From an uncultured Armatimonadetes bacterium (GTDB lineage: Bacteria; Armatimonadota; UBA5829; DTJY01), in contig OY970325.1 in the NCBI GenBank assembly GCA_963717145.1, positions 512,001-576,000 of the forward strand: a DNA stretch of 64,000 bases. Direction: 5' to 3'. Every line of letters begins with the position of its first letter. The first letter of the stretch is position 1. Below the pieces are notes generated by a model. That model did not search any database and was not told where the DNA came from. It saw nothing but the letters and a program-made list of their open reading frames with translations. The position numbers and the translations under genes were made by a program. This document shows positions 49,645 through 59,620 of the stretch, in pieces.

Positions 49645-50113
49645 TTGGGAACCCCTCCAAGTTATCCCGGCCTATTCGCTTTGCCACGGTGAACCCGTAG
49701 CACTTCCGGTCCCCGTTTGTGTATTCGAATCGGGCGAAGGTGAACCCCATCTTCCACCAGAGACGCAGCGCTTCGGTACGGATGCTCTCGCTCCATGCGC
49801 CGACCTGCTCGATGCCGTTTTCCCTCGCCCAGTCAATGACCGATGATATGAGCGCCTCCCCGATGCCCCGCCGCCGGTAGTCCTCCTCGACCTCGATAAT
49901 GGATATCCACGCTTCGTTCATGTCGTCGATGGGATCGGCGAGTGGACGCATCTTGGCGGAGATGACGCCAACGGGCCGGCCATCAGCGAGGGCCACGATC
50001 GAGCAGCAGTCGTTCCCCAGGGTGATGTGGTCGCCGGCGTTGGTCTGCCAGTCGCGCTGGATCGCCGCCTTTATCTCTGCTGTTGCCGGTAGGAGCTTGA
50101 TGTCCTCACTCAT
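49574..50113 (-). CDS. GNAT family acetyltransferase
   Basis: VEEDYRRRGIGEALI acetyl-CoA binding motif. Confidence 0.8.
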   Translation of the reverse strand: MSEDIKLLPATAEIKAAIQRDWQTNAGDHITLGNDCCSIVALADGRPVGVISAKMRPLADPIDDMNEAWISIIEVEEDYRRRGIGEALISSVIDWARENGIEQVGAWSESIRTEALRLWWKMGFTFARFEYTNGDRKCYGFTVAKRIGRDNLEGFPSEEQSDHTDTDPGGNGNDRSKCC

Positions 50114-50125
50114 TGCACTCACCGA

Positions 50126-51850
50126 TCATCGCCTCAGAACTCTCTGGATGGTATCGTCGATCCACTGCTCGTTCTTCGGGAAATCGGCGTAGCTCTTGAT
50201 ATCGGCGAGCATCGGATCGTCCGGCTTGATACCGGCGGTCTGCAGGATCGCGTAGTCCTGGAGCGACTCGGCGAAGATCTCCCAGCGGATCGAGTCGATC
50301 GGCTTCCCGTCTGCGCCGGGGTAGACCACGAACGGGTCGCCGGGCGGAATGGTCGGGTACCACTCGTTCGTCGCCGTCTTGAAGGGATCGATCAGCCGCT
50401 CCTGCTCCATCGCGTGCCAGTAGTTGTAGCCCCAGTGAAGGAATCCCTGCGCGCCGAGCCGGTAGAAGAGGAATCCCGACATACGAATCTTGGGCAGCGG
50501 AGTGTCGAGCAGGCGCTGGAGATACGCTCCCCGTGGCGCGCAGCAGAAGTAGACCCAATGGGGGATCTTCTCGTCGATATACGGCTGAGCGGCCGAGATG
50601 ATCGGGATCGGGATGTCGTTCAGGTGCTGGCGGCCGTACTCGATGCTGCTCAGCGCGTCCATGACCTTCCCCTTCATCCAGGGCGCGTTCTCATTGAGGA
50701 ATGCCCGCGCCTTCCCGTAGTTCTCCAGGTGCTTGCCTTCACCCGGCTCGTCGCTGATGTGGAAGAACGACTTGTCGAGCACGCCTTCCTTCACGAGAAA
50801 GTCGTGGAACTGCGGAAGGAACTGCTTGAGGAAGCTGTGGAAGACCGGGCCGTGGCCGTCGGAATCCGGCGGCCAGAGCATGACCGCCTTGCCGTCCACG
50901 TACTTGTACACGCGCACGGGGTTCTCCGCGCCCCAGTAGATCCAGAAGTGCGACCACTCGAAGTACTCGAATCCACACTCCCTCGAGAGCTTGACGAACT
51001 TGCTCACGTCGCTGAAATCGAACTCATACTTCCCGGGCGAGGGCTCGGTGACCTTGAGGAGTTGAGGCGGTCGCTCGAACGTCTCTCTCCGGGCGACCAG
51101 CAGCGGAACCGTGACGACGTTCGTGCCGTGATCGACCATGTTCTGGAGGTAGTTGCGGCTGATCTCCCAGGTCTTCGGGTCCTCATACCGGCCGGTCTTG
51201 TACCAGTCCCACAACGCCTCACCCCGATACCAGTGGATGACCGGGAAGTCGTGTCGCGGCTTGACGACGAACTTGCTGACGGTCAGGTTCGCGGTCAGGT
51301 CGGCTTTTTGTGTGCCGTCGTGGAAACTCCAGTGGACGTTCAGCGTCCGAAGTCCCGGCTTGGCGTCCGTGGGTACCTTGATCGTGACCCAGAACGCGCA
51401 GTTCTCATACGGCTGAACGGCCGCCGAGTTCTCCGGGAACAGCGGATCGGGCACGAAGCCGGGGATGAAGTCGCCGCCCTCCAATTCGGACGCATCGGTG
51501 TCGCTCGTGACGTGCTCCATCGGCACGTATCCGACCCGCCGCACCTGAATCTTGAGGTCGTCCGCGCCGGTCACGGTGCACGTCGGCTTCAACTCCCACG
51601 GGCGCTCGTTCCTAAGGCAGGCTTGAAACGAAGCCGTCCCGCTTCGCGGAACGATGACCGCGAGCGGCCCGGACGATCCCGGCTCGGACTTCGGATAGAC
51701 GCGCTTCAGGGAGCTTTCGAGCCAGAAGAGCACCTTCGGCCCCGGCTTCCCGTCAGGGAGGACGACGAGCGGTTCCTTCGCGACTGCAGGTAGTGCGAGC
51801 ATCAGAACGATGATTGTAACGATCAGTGTGGCTGTCGGCAGACTTGGCAT
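50126..51850 (-). CDS. DUF4091/GH123-like glycoside hydrolase
   Basis: HISDEP, WVYFCC, GFLHWGYNYW, GDPFVVYPG and SIRWE...LQDY. Confidence 0.75.
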   Translation of the reverse strand: MPSLPTATLIVTIIVLMLALPAVAKEPLVVLPDGKPGPKVLFWLESSLKRVYPKSEPGSSGPLAVIVPRSGTASFQACLRNERPWELKPTCTVTGADDLKIQVRRVGYVPMEHVTSDTDASELEGGDFIPGFVPDPLFPENSAAVQPYENCAFWVTIKVPTDAKPGLRTLNVHWSFHDGTQKADLTANLTVSKFVVKPRHDFPVIHWYRGEALWDWYKTGRYEDPKTWEISRNYLQNMVDHGTNVVTVPLLVARRETFERPPQLLKVTEPSPGKYEFDFSDVSKFVKLSRECGFEYFEWSHFWIYWGAENPVRVYKYVDGKAVMLWPPDSDGHGPVFHSFLKQFLPQFHDFLVKEGVLDKSFFHISDEPGEGKHLENYGKARAFLNENAPWMKGKVMDALSSIEYGRQHLNDIPIPIISAAQPYIDEKIPHWVYFCCAPRGAYLQRLLDTPLPKIRMSGFLFYRLGAQGFLHWGYNYWHAMEQERLIDPFKTATNEWYPTIPPGDPFVVYPGADGKPIDSIRWEIFAESLQDYAILQTAGIKPDDPMLADIKSYADFPKNEQWIDDTIQRVLRR

Positions 51851-51877
51851 TCGGTTGTGCTCCCTTCGGAATGGAAA

Positions 51878-53149
51878 CTATGGCTTGGAGTAGCGTTCGA
51901 CTCGCACCTTCGCGGTGATCCCGTGGGCGAGCATGTGCTCTAGGTTGCACTGGCGCTCGGTGACCGCGCCGATCTCGCGGCTGGCCTCCGGGGTCATGCG
52001 CTGGTAGGTGCACGTCTTCAGGAACTTGCCGACCCAGACGCCGCCGGTGTATCGGGCCGCCCGGCTCGTCGGGAGGATGTGGTTCGTGCCGATGCACTTG
52101 TCGCCATATGCGACGGTCGTCTCCTCGCCGATGAAGAGCGACCCGTAGTTACCCAGTCTGTCAAAGAAGAAGTCACGATCCTGTACATGAAGCTCCAGGT
52201 GCTCGGGCGCGTAGTCGTCGCTGAGGGCGACTGCTTCCTCGGGGTTCTCGGCGGCATAGACGATGCCGTTGTTGTCCCATGAGATCGATGCCACGTCTGC
52301 GGTCGGGAGCGTCAGGAGTTGCTTCTCGACCTCAGCGATCGTCCGGCGTGCGAAATCCTCGCTCAGGGTGATCAGGCAGATACCGCTGTTCGGATCGTGT
52401 TCCGCCTGCCCGAGGAGGTCACATGCTACGAGGGATGGATCAGCGTGGTCGTCGGCGATCACCAGGATCTCCGTCGGACCGGCGAGCAGATCGATGCCAC
52501 ACCGGCCGAAGAGTTGACGTTTCGCTTCCGTGACGTACTTGTTTCCCGCGCCGCAGAGGACATCGACCGCCTCAACGTCGCCGAGGCCGAACGCCATCAT
52601 TGCCAGCGCCGGGACGCCCCCGAGGATGAAGACCCGGTCCGCGCCGGCCTTCCTGATCGCATTGATTGTCGCGGGATAGTATCCCTGGCCCTTGACCGGC
52701 GGAGTGCATGCCACGACCGTCTTGACTCCCGCTACTTTCGCCGGGATGATGCTCATCTGCGCGGACCCGAACATCGGGTATCGTCCGCCGGGGATGTAGC
52801 TCCCGACCGAGTTCACGGGGATGTGCCTGTGTCCGAGGACGACTCCCGGCCTGATCTCGGTCTCCAGAGGCCGCATCGTCTCCAGTTGGGCCTGAGCGAA
52901 CGCCCGGACGTTGGCCTGGCAGTAATCCGTGTCGGCGATGGCCTGCTCCGAAAGGCTCGATATCGCCTCGTCGATCTGCTCATCCGTTAACTCGAAGCTC
53001 TCGGGGCTCCAGTCGTCGAACTTGGCGCTGTATCGACGTACCGCATCCATGCCGTTTCGTTCGAGATCGGTAAGCATCTCGCTGACGATTCGTGTCGTCT
53101 CAGGATCGCTTTCGAACAGCCGATGAATACCCTGCTTGATGACCTTCAT
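51878..53149 (-). CDS. Histidinol dehydrogenase family protein (HpsN-like paralog)
   Basis: YIPGGRY, AGPTE, QAEHDP, APEHL and GTNHILPT motifs. Confidence 0.85.
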   Translation of the reverse strand: MKVIKQGIHRLFESDPETTRIVSEMLTDLERNGMDAVRRYSAKFDDWSPESFELTDEQIDEAISSLSEQAIADTDYCQANVRAFAQAQLETMRPLETEIRPGVVLGHRHIPVNSVGSYIPGGRYPMFGSAQMSIIPAKVAGVKTVVACTPPVKGQGYYPATINAIRKAGADRVFILGGVPALAMMAFGLGDVEAVDVLCGAGNKYVTEAKRQLFGRCGIDLLAGPTEILVIADDHADPSLVACDLLGQAEHDPNSGICLITLSEDFARRTIAEVEKQLLTLPTADVASISWDNNGIVYAAENPEEAVALSDDYAPEHLELHVQDRDFFFDRLGNYGSLFIGEETTVAYGDKCIGTNHILPTSRAARYTGGVWVGKFLKTCTYQRMTPEASREIGAVTERQCNLEHMLAHGITAKVRVERYSKP

Positions 53150-53185
53150 CTCCGCCTCCCATAGGTCCCATCGGTCCCATACGTC

Positions 53186-54442
53186 CTATCTCCGCCGAAC
53201 CTTCTCCGCTGTGTTGCGAATCCCGGTGACCGCATCCTCGATCTCGCGGTCGGTCAGGCGGGGGTGCATCGCGATGTTGAACTCGCGGTGATAGAAGAAC
53301 TTCTCATGGACCGGGCAGAGATGATCCCCGTAGCCGAGCTTCTTCAGGGCGTCGAAGTGATACGTCGGCTGATAGTGGAGTATCCCCTGGACGCCTTCCT
53401 CCCTATAGAGCACGCGCATGAAGTCGTCCCGGCTCGCACCAAGCTGACCCTCGTCGATGCAGACCGTGTAGAGGTGATAGACGTGGTAGCAGTTCGGGTC
53501 CTCGTAGACCGGAGTGACGCCCTTGATGCCCTTCAAACCCTCGCTGATCCGCCGACCGAACTCGCGGCGCTTCTCGTTCAGCATCGGGAGCTTCCGCAGT
53601 TGCGCGCGCCCGACCGCCGCCTGAATCTCGTTCATGCGGTAGTTGTTGCCCCACTTGCCGTTGACATCGACGATGTTGAAGTGCGACGGAATCCAGTAGT
53701 CGGTCTGATCGGGCCACGGCTCGAGGTTCATGCACCTGAGCTTCTCGATCGGATCGACCAGGTCGTCGCGGTTGGTCGTGATCATGCCGCCCTCGCCGCA
53801 GGTGGTCATGTTCTTGAGCGAATGGAAGCTGAAGCACCCCACGTCGCCGATGCTCCCGGCCTTGCGCCCCTTGTACTCTGCGCCGGGAGTGTGCGCGCAG
53901 TCCTCCAGGACGAACAGCTTGTGCTTGCGTGCGATCTCCATGATCGGGTCCATGTCGCACATCTGCCCGCCGTAGTGGACGACGTAGATTGCCTTGGTCT
54001 TCGGCGTGATCTTGCTCTCGATCTCCTTCGGGTCGATGTTGAACGTCCGCGGATCGATGTCCGCGAAGACCGGTCGCGCGTCTTCCTTCAGGACGACGAG
54101 CGACGTGGCGATGAACGTGTTCGGGGTGACGATCACCTCATCGCCCGGGCCGATGCCGAAGGCCTGCGTGCAGATGTGCATCGCCGTCGTGCAGTTCGAC
54201 GAGGCAAACGCGTGCTTCGTCCCGCACATCGCCGCGAACTCCTTCTGGAATCCGGCGACCTGCGGCCCCATGGTGAGCGTGTCCTGCTGCATCGCCTCCC
54301 ACGCGGCGTTCTTCTCGTCGTCGTCGTAGATGGAGCCGAAGAAGGCATAAGGCACCTTCAGCACGACCCCATCGTCCATTGCATAGCTGCTCGTGATACC
54401 GCCCTCGGTATCCGATCCGGTGAACTTCTCCTTGTCTTCCAT
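53186..54442 (-). CDS. DegT/DnrJ/EryC1/StrS PLP-dependent aminotransferase
   Basis: VHYGG, EDCAH, FSFHSLKNMTTCGEGG and NYRMNE. Confidence 0.92.
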   Translation of the reverse strand: MEDKEKFTGSDTEGGITSSYAMDDGVVLKVPYAFFGSIYDDDEKNAAWEAMQQDTLTMGPQVAGFQKEFAAMCGTKHAFASSNCTTAMHICTQAFGIGPGDEVIVTPNTFIATSLVVLKEDARPVFADIDPRTFNIDPKEIESKITPKTKAIYVVHYGGQMCDMDPIMEIARKHKLFVLEDCAHTPGAEYKGRKAGSIGDVGCFSFHSLKNMTTCGEGGMITTNRDDLVDPIEKLRCMNLEPWPDQTDYWIPSHFNIVDVNGKWGNNYRMNEIQAAVGRAQLRKLPMLNEKRREFGRRISEGLKGIKGVTPVYEDPNCYHVYHLYTVCIDEGQLGASRDDFMRVLYREEGVQGILHYQPTYHFDALKKLGYGDHLCPVHEKFFYHREFNIAMHPRLTDREIEDAVTGIRNTAEKVRRR

Positions 54443-54656
54443 TTGACGTAGACCTCCATTCGGCTGATTCTGATTGCACTTTACGACGCCTCCTGCACGA
54501 TGTCATTCTGTGTGGCTCGCCAGTGTGGCGATGTTCTCGGCGGAATATGAGTGCCGTCTGCCGATACAGTGCCCGCCTGGGAAGCGGTATGGACATTAGC
54601 CTCGTGGCATCGAGTTATCAGTAACAAAGAGCAACGGCAAGGCTGCGCGAGAACGG

Positions 54657-56213
54657 CTAGCACGTGACAGGAGCGAAAACGTACCAAACAAAGAACTTGT
54701 CCAGACTATCCTTAAGCGTAGCATCGCACATCAAGGTCATAGGGACAGACTGAATGCTGTTAAGCGCGGTATCCAGCGACTGGGGGATGACAGGTGCAAC
54801 GGGCAAGATATACGTGGACAGATCGTCGGTATTGTCCCGGAAGATGATGAATCTGACCGGCGGCCGGCTCAACTCAGCGACTGCATACCTCAGGTTGTTC
54901 TTCTTCTGCTGCAGCCACGAAACAAACTTGCCATAGTGACCGAAAAAGACGTAGATGACTGGCCGTCCTTTCAGTATCTGCTTGACAGGCTCCATCAACC
55001 CACCTCCGATGCCTTCTAGTAGATCCCATGTGAAATAGACGACGATGGTCTTGCCATCTAGCAGATGGGAACCCGCCAGCGCGTAACAGGGATGCACCAT
55101 AGAGAAGCTCGCCTTCATAGGTGGGGACAAGGTAGTGTAGAAGTTGATGTTAATGCCACCGTATGTCACATTCTCCGGATTGGCCGCTAACCCCAGCTCT
55201 ATCAAGTCGCATTCCTGACATGCGCTGTTGTCCATGTGGAATACATAGGTGTCAGGCGTTACATAACGAGTCGGTTGGCTAGCGAAGAAGATACTCTCGC
55301 CCAACTCACCAGGAAAGCCCTTGGAGTTGTCACGGGCCTGCTTCAAGACGAATACGTCGATAGGGCTCAGCCCAAGGGAATCCGCATCGTCAAGCAGAGC
55401 GTTGGCAATCAATCTTGGCAAGTCTCTGCTGGAGACTTGTGACCGACAGTTGTACTTATTCTCAAGTGACTGCTTCACGGAAGGGGGCAATCCCCCTTTC
55501 TTCATCGAGACTCGGAACTCCTGGAAGAGACCAGTGAATCTGCTGTCCGCCGATTGCTCAGAACAGCCGCACACCTGTCTGAAGCTGGGCAGGTCACCTA
55601 AGACTCGAGCGATCGCATCCATGTCCACATTCATTGCAAGCGAAGCCAAGAAGGCAGTATAACCTAGCCATTCCTCAAGGGGAACCCCATTTCTACTGAG
55701 CAGATCGATGGCTGGTCTTGTGAACGCAAGGTAAGGTGACGGCTGATCAGGTTCACTGTCTCGATGCCCGGCGAGATACCCCTCTGCAGTTTCCTTGCCG
55801 AACACAGTGTGAAGTGAGACATAGGCCGACATAGTGGCGTGCGTTTCCTGGGCAAAGATGCTGGATCCCGTCACGACGCTTAGGTATTGGCGAAGTAGCT
55901 CGGCCAACTTATTAAATGGTGGGCTTTTCGGGGCCGTCTCATATATATTCCTGAGGTGGAGTTGCAGGTGTCCGGTAGCTGTAGCCAGTGTAAGCGTGCT
56001 GTGCGCATTTTCGTGTACTAGTGTGGCCGCTAGGAGTTCAGGCGTCAGGTGCGGCCAGGCGAAATAGCGTGCCTGAGCAATCAGGAAGTCATAAGATCCA
56101 AGGGTGATAAACTCACGATAGGAATCGGCGATTGGCCCAGCCAAGTCTGGATCATCTGTGCACGTATCATAGAAGACCCTTGGTATCTGAATCTGATATG
56201 TGTCCTGTTCCAC
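54657..56213 (-). CDS. Hypothetical protein with HExxH motif, lower GC
   Basis: 518-aa open frame with LVHENAH...QETHA. Confidence 0.65.
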   Translation of the reverse strand: MEQDTYQIQIPRVFYDTCTDDPDLAGPIADSYREFITLGSYDFLIAQARYFAWPHLTPELLAATLVHENAHSTLTLATATGHLQLHLRNIYETAPKSPPFNKLAELLRQYLSVVTGSSIFAQETHATMSAYVSLHTVFGKETAEGYLAGHRDSEPDQPSPYLAFTRPAIDLLSRNGVPLEEWLGYTAFLASLAMNVDMDAIARVLGDLPSFRQVCGCSEQSADSRFTGLFQEFRVSMKKGGLPPSVKQSLENKYNCRSQVSSRDLPRLIANALLDDADSLGLSPIDVFVLKQARDNSKGFPGELGESIFFASQPTRYVTPDTYVFHMDNSACQECDLIELGLAANPENVTYGGININFYTTLSPPMKASFSMVHPCYALAGSHLLDGKTIVVYFTWDLLEGIGGGLMEPVKQILKGRPVIYVFFGHYGKFVSWLQQKKNNLRYAVAELSRPPVRFIIFRDNTDDLSTYILPVAPVIPQSLDTALNSIQSVPMTLMCDATLKDSLDKFFVWYVFAPVTC

Positions 56214-56257
56214 TGTGACCCCCGCTAGAAGGATGGCGACAAGTTGCCTTGCATCAG

Positions 56258-56286
56258 ATCATAGCCCAGTGGAGCGCGCATGTCAA
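56258..56286 (-). promoter_or_regulatory. Sigma70-type promoter
   Basis: TTGACA-17 bp-TATGAT, 44 bp upstream of GTG 56213. Confidence 0.75.
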
Positions 56287-56376
56287 TAGAGCAGCCGCAA
56301 GCCTAATCTGATGCTGAGGTAGGTTTCACTCTCACATACGTGATGAGGGAGAGCTGAGGGTGGCCTGGCCGAGACA

Positions 56377-57930
56377 TCATCTTGTGACTCCGAGCAGCGT
56401 AACAATCGACCTTGGGGGGATGCGGATATCATCCGCAGGAATAGCGCTCTTCCGCAGGGACTGCGTCTGGGATGTCGTGTAGGCATCGAATGTGTCTCCC
56501 TTCATCCCGAGTCCCGAAAGACTGACGGCCTGCATCTGCATCGTGCAGTTGACGGTGACGATCACCAACTGCCTCGTCTTCTTGTCCAGGTAGGCCGAGA
56601 CCATGAGGCTGGTGACGGCGTCGAGAGGCGAGCGATGATCGTCATAGGTCACGCCGACGCGCATCATGCCCGGCCTCACGAACCGTGAGAAGTTGCCGAG
56701 CGCCCAGAGCAACTTCGAAGGGAGCACCTTGCCATCGTTCATCGGATCGTCGCCCTCGATGTAGATCAGCCCATCCTTGTAGTCGGCCTGGGAGACCGCG
56801 AGCCACCAGGACCAGTGGGTTGCATCGGCGATCGTCAAGTCGCTGTGGATCACCCGCGCGACGTAGAGCGCCGTGTCCATGCCGAGATCGCGTCCGTGCC
56901 CGTGAGTGATCTCATCGTTCGCTTCCAGAATGCAGAACTCGGTCTGCCAGTACCCAAGCTTCGGGTCGATGCGCTTGATCGAGTCCCGCAGTTCCTCGCG
57001 TTTGCTTATCTGCGTTGAAAGCGGCCAGGTCGTGAAGTAGCTGTGCCCGGATATCACGCGAGCAACGTTTTGTATCTTGCCGAGGTACTGCTCGGAAGAC
57101 GGGTTCCAGAATGCGTCGATCTGGTCGCCACGGGGATTCTCCTTCGTTGCATCAGTGAGGTAGTCGAGACTGGCCGCCTCAGCGATCATCACCTTCGACG
57201 GCAGCCCCTTGTCGTGCAGTCCCTTCGCGATCAGACTGGTCAGCTCGTGGACCTCGGCGTTGCTCGCGGGAGTGCCCTCCTGCTTCTCACTATCCCAAGC
57301 CCATTGTGGCTCGTTAACCGGACTGATGTAGTCGAGATCGAGGCCCTTGTCATGGAAGTGCTCGGCGACATCGGCGAGGAAGCCGGCGAACGACGGCATC
57401 GCCCCGTCGCGAATGTTCATGGTCGATCGTCCGGCGTCCGAATGAGCGATGCCGTTGAGGGTAAGGTGAACGGGTGCGGAGATCGTGAACCCCAGCAGGT
57501 AAGGCACGCCTCGTGAGTGCGCGGCCTCGAGGAACCACTGCTCGCCCTTCTGCTTGTACCAGTCGTAAGAGCCGTCCGCGTTCAGGAAGCACTCGGCTCG
57601 ATGCCAGGGTGTGTGAATGCTGCTGGCATCTCCCTGTTCCGCGCTTCCCGCCCCGATGTTGAAGCGCCACATCGAGAGCGCGATCCCTTTCGGGTTGCCC
57701 TTGCTGTCGACCTCCTGGCTGAACAGCAGATCAGCGATCTCCTCGCGCTTTTCGATCGGCCAGTTCTTGCCGACGAACTGGCATGTCCACGCGTCCGATG
57801 CGCCAAAGCTGTGCATGACCTGCTTCTCGTCGTGGAGATCGATGGTAATGCCGACGGTCTTTGCTTCAGCTTGAGTCATCATTCCGACCAGTATCCCGAG
57901 GGCAGCGAGTATCAGTCTGCCATCAACCAT
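56377..57930 (-). CDS. Glycoside hydrolase family 30, exported
   Basis: FGASDAW, WRFNIGAGS, ISPVNEP, GHSY, WQTEF and GNFSRFVRPG. Confidence 0.88.
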   Translation of the reverse strand: MVDGRLILAALGILVGMMTQAEAKTVGITIDLHDEKQVMHSFGASDAWTCQFVGKNWPIEKREEIADLLFSQEVDSKGNPKGIALSMWRFNIGAGSAEQGDASSIHTPWHRAECFLNADGSYDWYKQKGEQWFLEAAHSRGVPYLLGFTISAPVHLTLNGIAHSDAGRSTMNIRDGAMPSFAGFLADVAEHFHDKGLDLDYISPVNEPQWAWDSEKQEGTPASNAEVHELTSLIAKGLHDKGLPSKVMIAEAASLDYLTDATKENPRGDQIDAFWNPSSEQYLGKIQNVARVISGHSYFTTWPLSTQISKREELRDSIKRIDPKLGYWQTEFCILEANDEITHGHGRDLGMDTALYVARVIHSDLTIADATHWSWWLAVSQADYKDGLIYIEGDDPMNDGKVLPSKLLWALGNFSRFVRPGMMRVGVTYDDHRSPLDAVTSLMVSAYLDKKTRQLVIVTVNCTMQMQAVSLSGLGMKGDTFDAYTTSQTQSLRKSAIPADDIRIPPRSIVTLLGVTR

Positions 57931-58000
57931 GAACCATCAACCATTCCCCTGGCCGGCATCACAGCCTGCGCTGACTTGAGCAGGTCATGAATAATGCGGG

Positions 58001-59296
58001 CTAGCTGTATGCCCTGAGGTCGTCCGGCATGCCCCGTAGCATGTATTTCGCGAACGGGAAGAACGCAAGCGACACCCCCGCCATCAGCAGGAAGACCGTC
58101 TTGTACGGAAGCCAGTCGCACATGTAGCCGATCATGATCGGGCCGATGGTTAGCGCGAGGTACATCAGGATGATCTGCACCGTGAAGTGCCCGGCCCGGT
58201 GCTCCGGTGACGGAAGGCCGCAGATGAGCGCGGTCTGCGCGGATATCAGCCCGGTGACGCATATCGTCCCAAGCGCCATGCCCGCGTAGACTCCGAGCGC
58301 GCCGGGGATGAGTATCGGCGCGACCCAGGCGGCCGCGGCGGTGAAGAAGATGTACGGCAGAGTGCGCTTCGGAGTCAGGCGGTCGATGAAGAGGCCCATC
58401 GGTGCGCTCGTGACCAACTTCGATACCTGGGCGACGATCGTCATGATCGCCGCCGTCCACAGCGCCATCTTCACCTGTTTGAAGCCGTAGATGCTGATGA
58501 AGTTGAACGTTGTCGTGTAGAAGAACGTGCTGTAGAGCCCGTAGAGTATCAGCAGCTTGACGTAAGGCTTGTCGCGCCAGAGAGCCGCGAACATCTCGCG
58601 CGAGTAGGGTGGCGGCGACTGCTCCACCGGTGTGCGCGTCTCCTTCGCGAAGAGGGCGCTCGTGTATCCCAACTGGCAGAACGCCCACCCCAGGAGGAGC
58701 ACCAGCCCGAACGACGCCGGCTTGGGCTGAGTCTGAAGTATCCACTTCCCGAGCAGCGCCGCGCCGATCGCAGTCCCGCCCGCCGCACTGTACGCGTATC
58801 CCGTGAGCCGTCCGCGATGGCTCATTGGGATGCAGGCCGCGATGTACTCGGTGCAGGGCAGGGTGACGAATCCTCCGAAGAACCAGTGTGTGAGATAGAG
58901 CCCGAACACCCAGAGCAGGAGCGTGTGATGGCTGAATCCCAGCCGGACGCTGTAGACCGCGAGAATCCCCATGACCGCGATGGCCGTGAGGTAGGGGATG
59001 TTGCCGCCGAAGAGATACCATTTCTTGAACGGAAACCGCCTGGTGATCCACGGCGAGAGTAGCACGCCGATCAGCCCCATGAACACCGCGCCGTTGACGT
59101 AGCCGATCATCGCGTTCGATGCGCCGAGGAAGACGAGCAGTGGCTGGAGCGCGAGGTTGATATCCGCCGATCCCGTCCAGAAGGTGGTCTCGAGCATGAC
59201 CAGCGAGATCATGTTCCGGCGGATTACCTTCTCGGGCATCACTTCCGGGCCGGGCGTATCCAGGCATGCAACCGTCGGGCTGTCGATCTCAGTCAT
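58001..59296 (-). CDS. MFS transporter
   Basis: ~12 TM segments, RGRLTG motif. Confidence 0.8.
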   Translation of the reverse strand: MTEIDSPTVACLDTPGPEVMPEKVIRRNMISLVMLETTFWTGSADINLALQPLLVFLGASNAMIGYVNGAVFMGLIGVLLSPWITRRFPFKKWYLFGGNIPYLTAIAVMGILAVYSVRLGFSHHTLLLWVFGLYLTHWFFGGFVTLPCTEYIAACIPMSHRGRLTGYAYSAAGGTAIGAALLGKWILQTQPKPASFGLVLLLGWAFCQLGYTSALFAKETRTPVEQSPPPYSREMFAALWRDKPYVKLLILYGLYSTFFYTTTFNFISIYGFKQVKMALWTAAIMTIVAQVSKLVTSAPMGLFIDRLTPKRTLPYIFFTAAAAWVAPILIPGALGVYAGMALGTICVTGLISAQTALICGLPSPEHRAGHFTVQIILMYLALTIGPIMIGYMCDWLPYKTVFLLMAGVSLAFFPFAKYMLRGMPDDLRAYS

Positions 59297-59409
59297 CCGT
59301 CTCTCCCTGAAACAGTCGGTGATTAGAATGATCTTCGACGCGTGCGGCCCAGTATCATCCTTTGGAGTGCGGTGGCTCGACACCGCCTTGCTGGTGTTTC
59401 GGCACGGCC

Positions 59410-59565
59410 ACAACGCTTGTGGTTAGGCCCACAGCGCCCGTGGTTGCATTCGATTCGCTTGTGGTTACAACCTCAACGCTTGTGGTTGCATTCGATTCTC
59501 TTGTGGTTACAACCTCAACGCTTGTGGTTGAGCCCACAACGCCTGTGGTTAGGCCCACAACGCTT
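59410..59565. repeat. 21-bp tandem repeat (~7.5 units) with core CGCTTGTGGTT
   Basis: Units at 59410, 59431, 59452, 59473, 59494, 59515 and 59536. Confidence 0.85.
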
Positions 59566-59620
59566 GAGATTCCGGCAAGCCGGCTCGAATGAGCTATCCC
59601 ATGGCCGGCGAGGCATTGAG

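Noticed and set aside
51878-53149. Assigning hisD as a histidine biosynthesis gene
   Set aside because: No other his genes nearby, and the sequence looks like the HpsN-like paralog clade.
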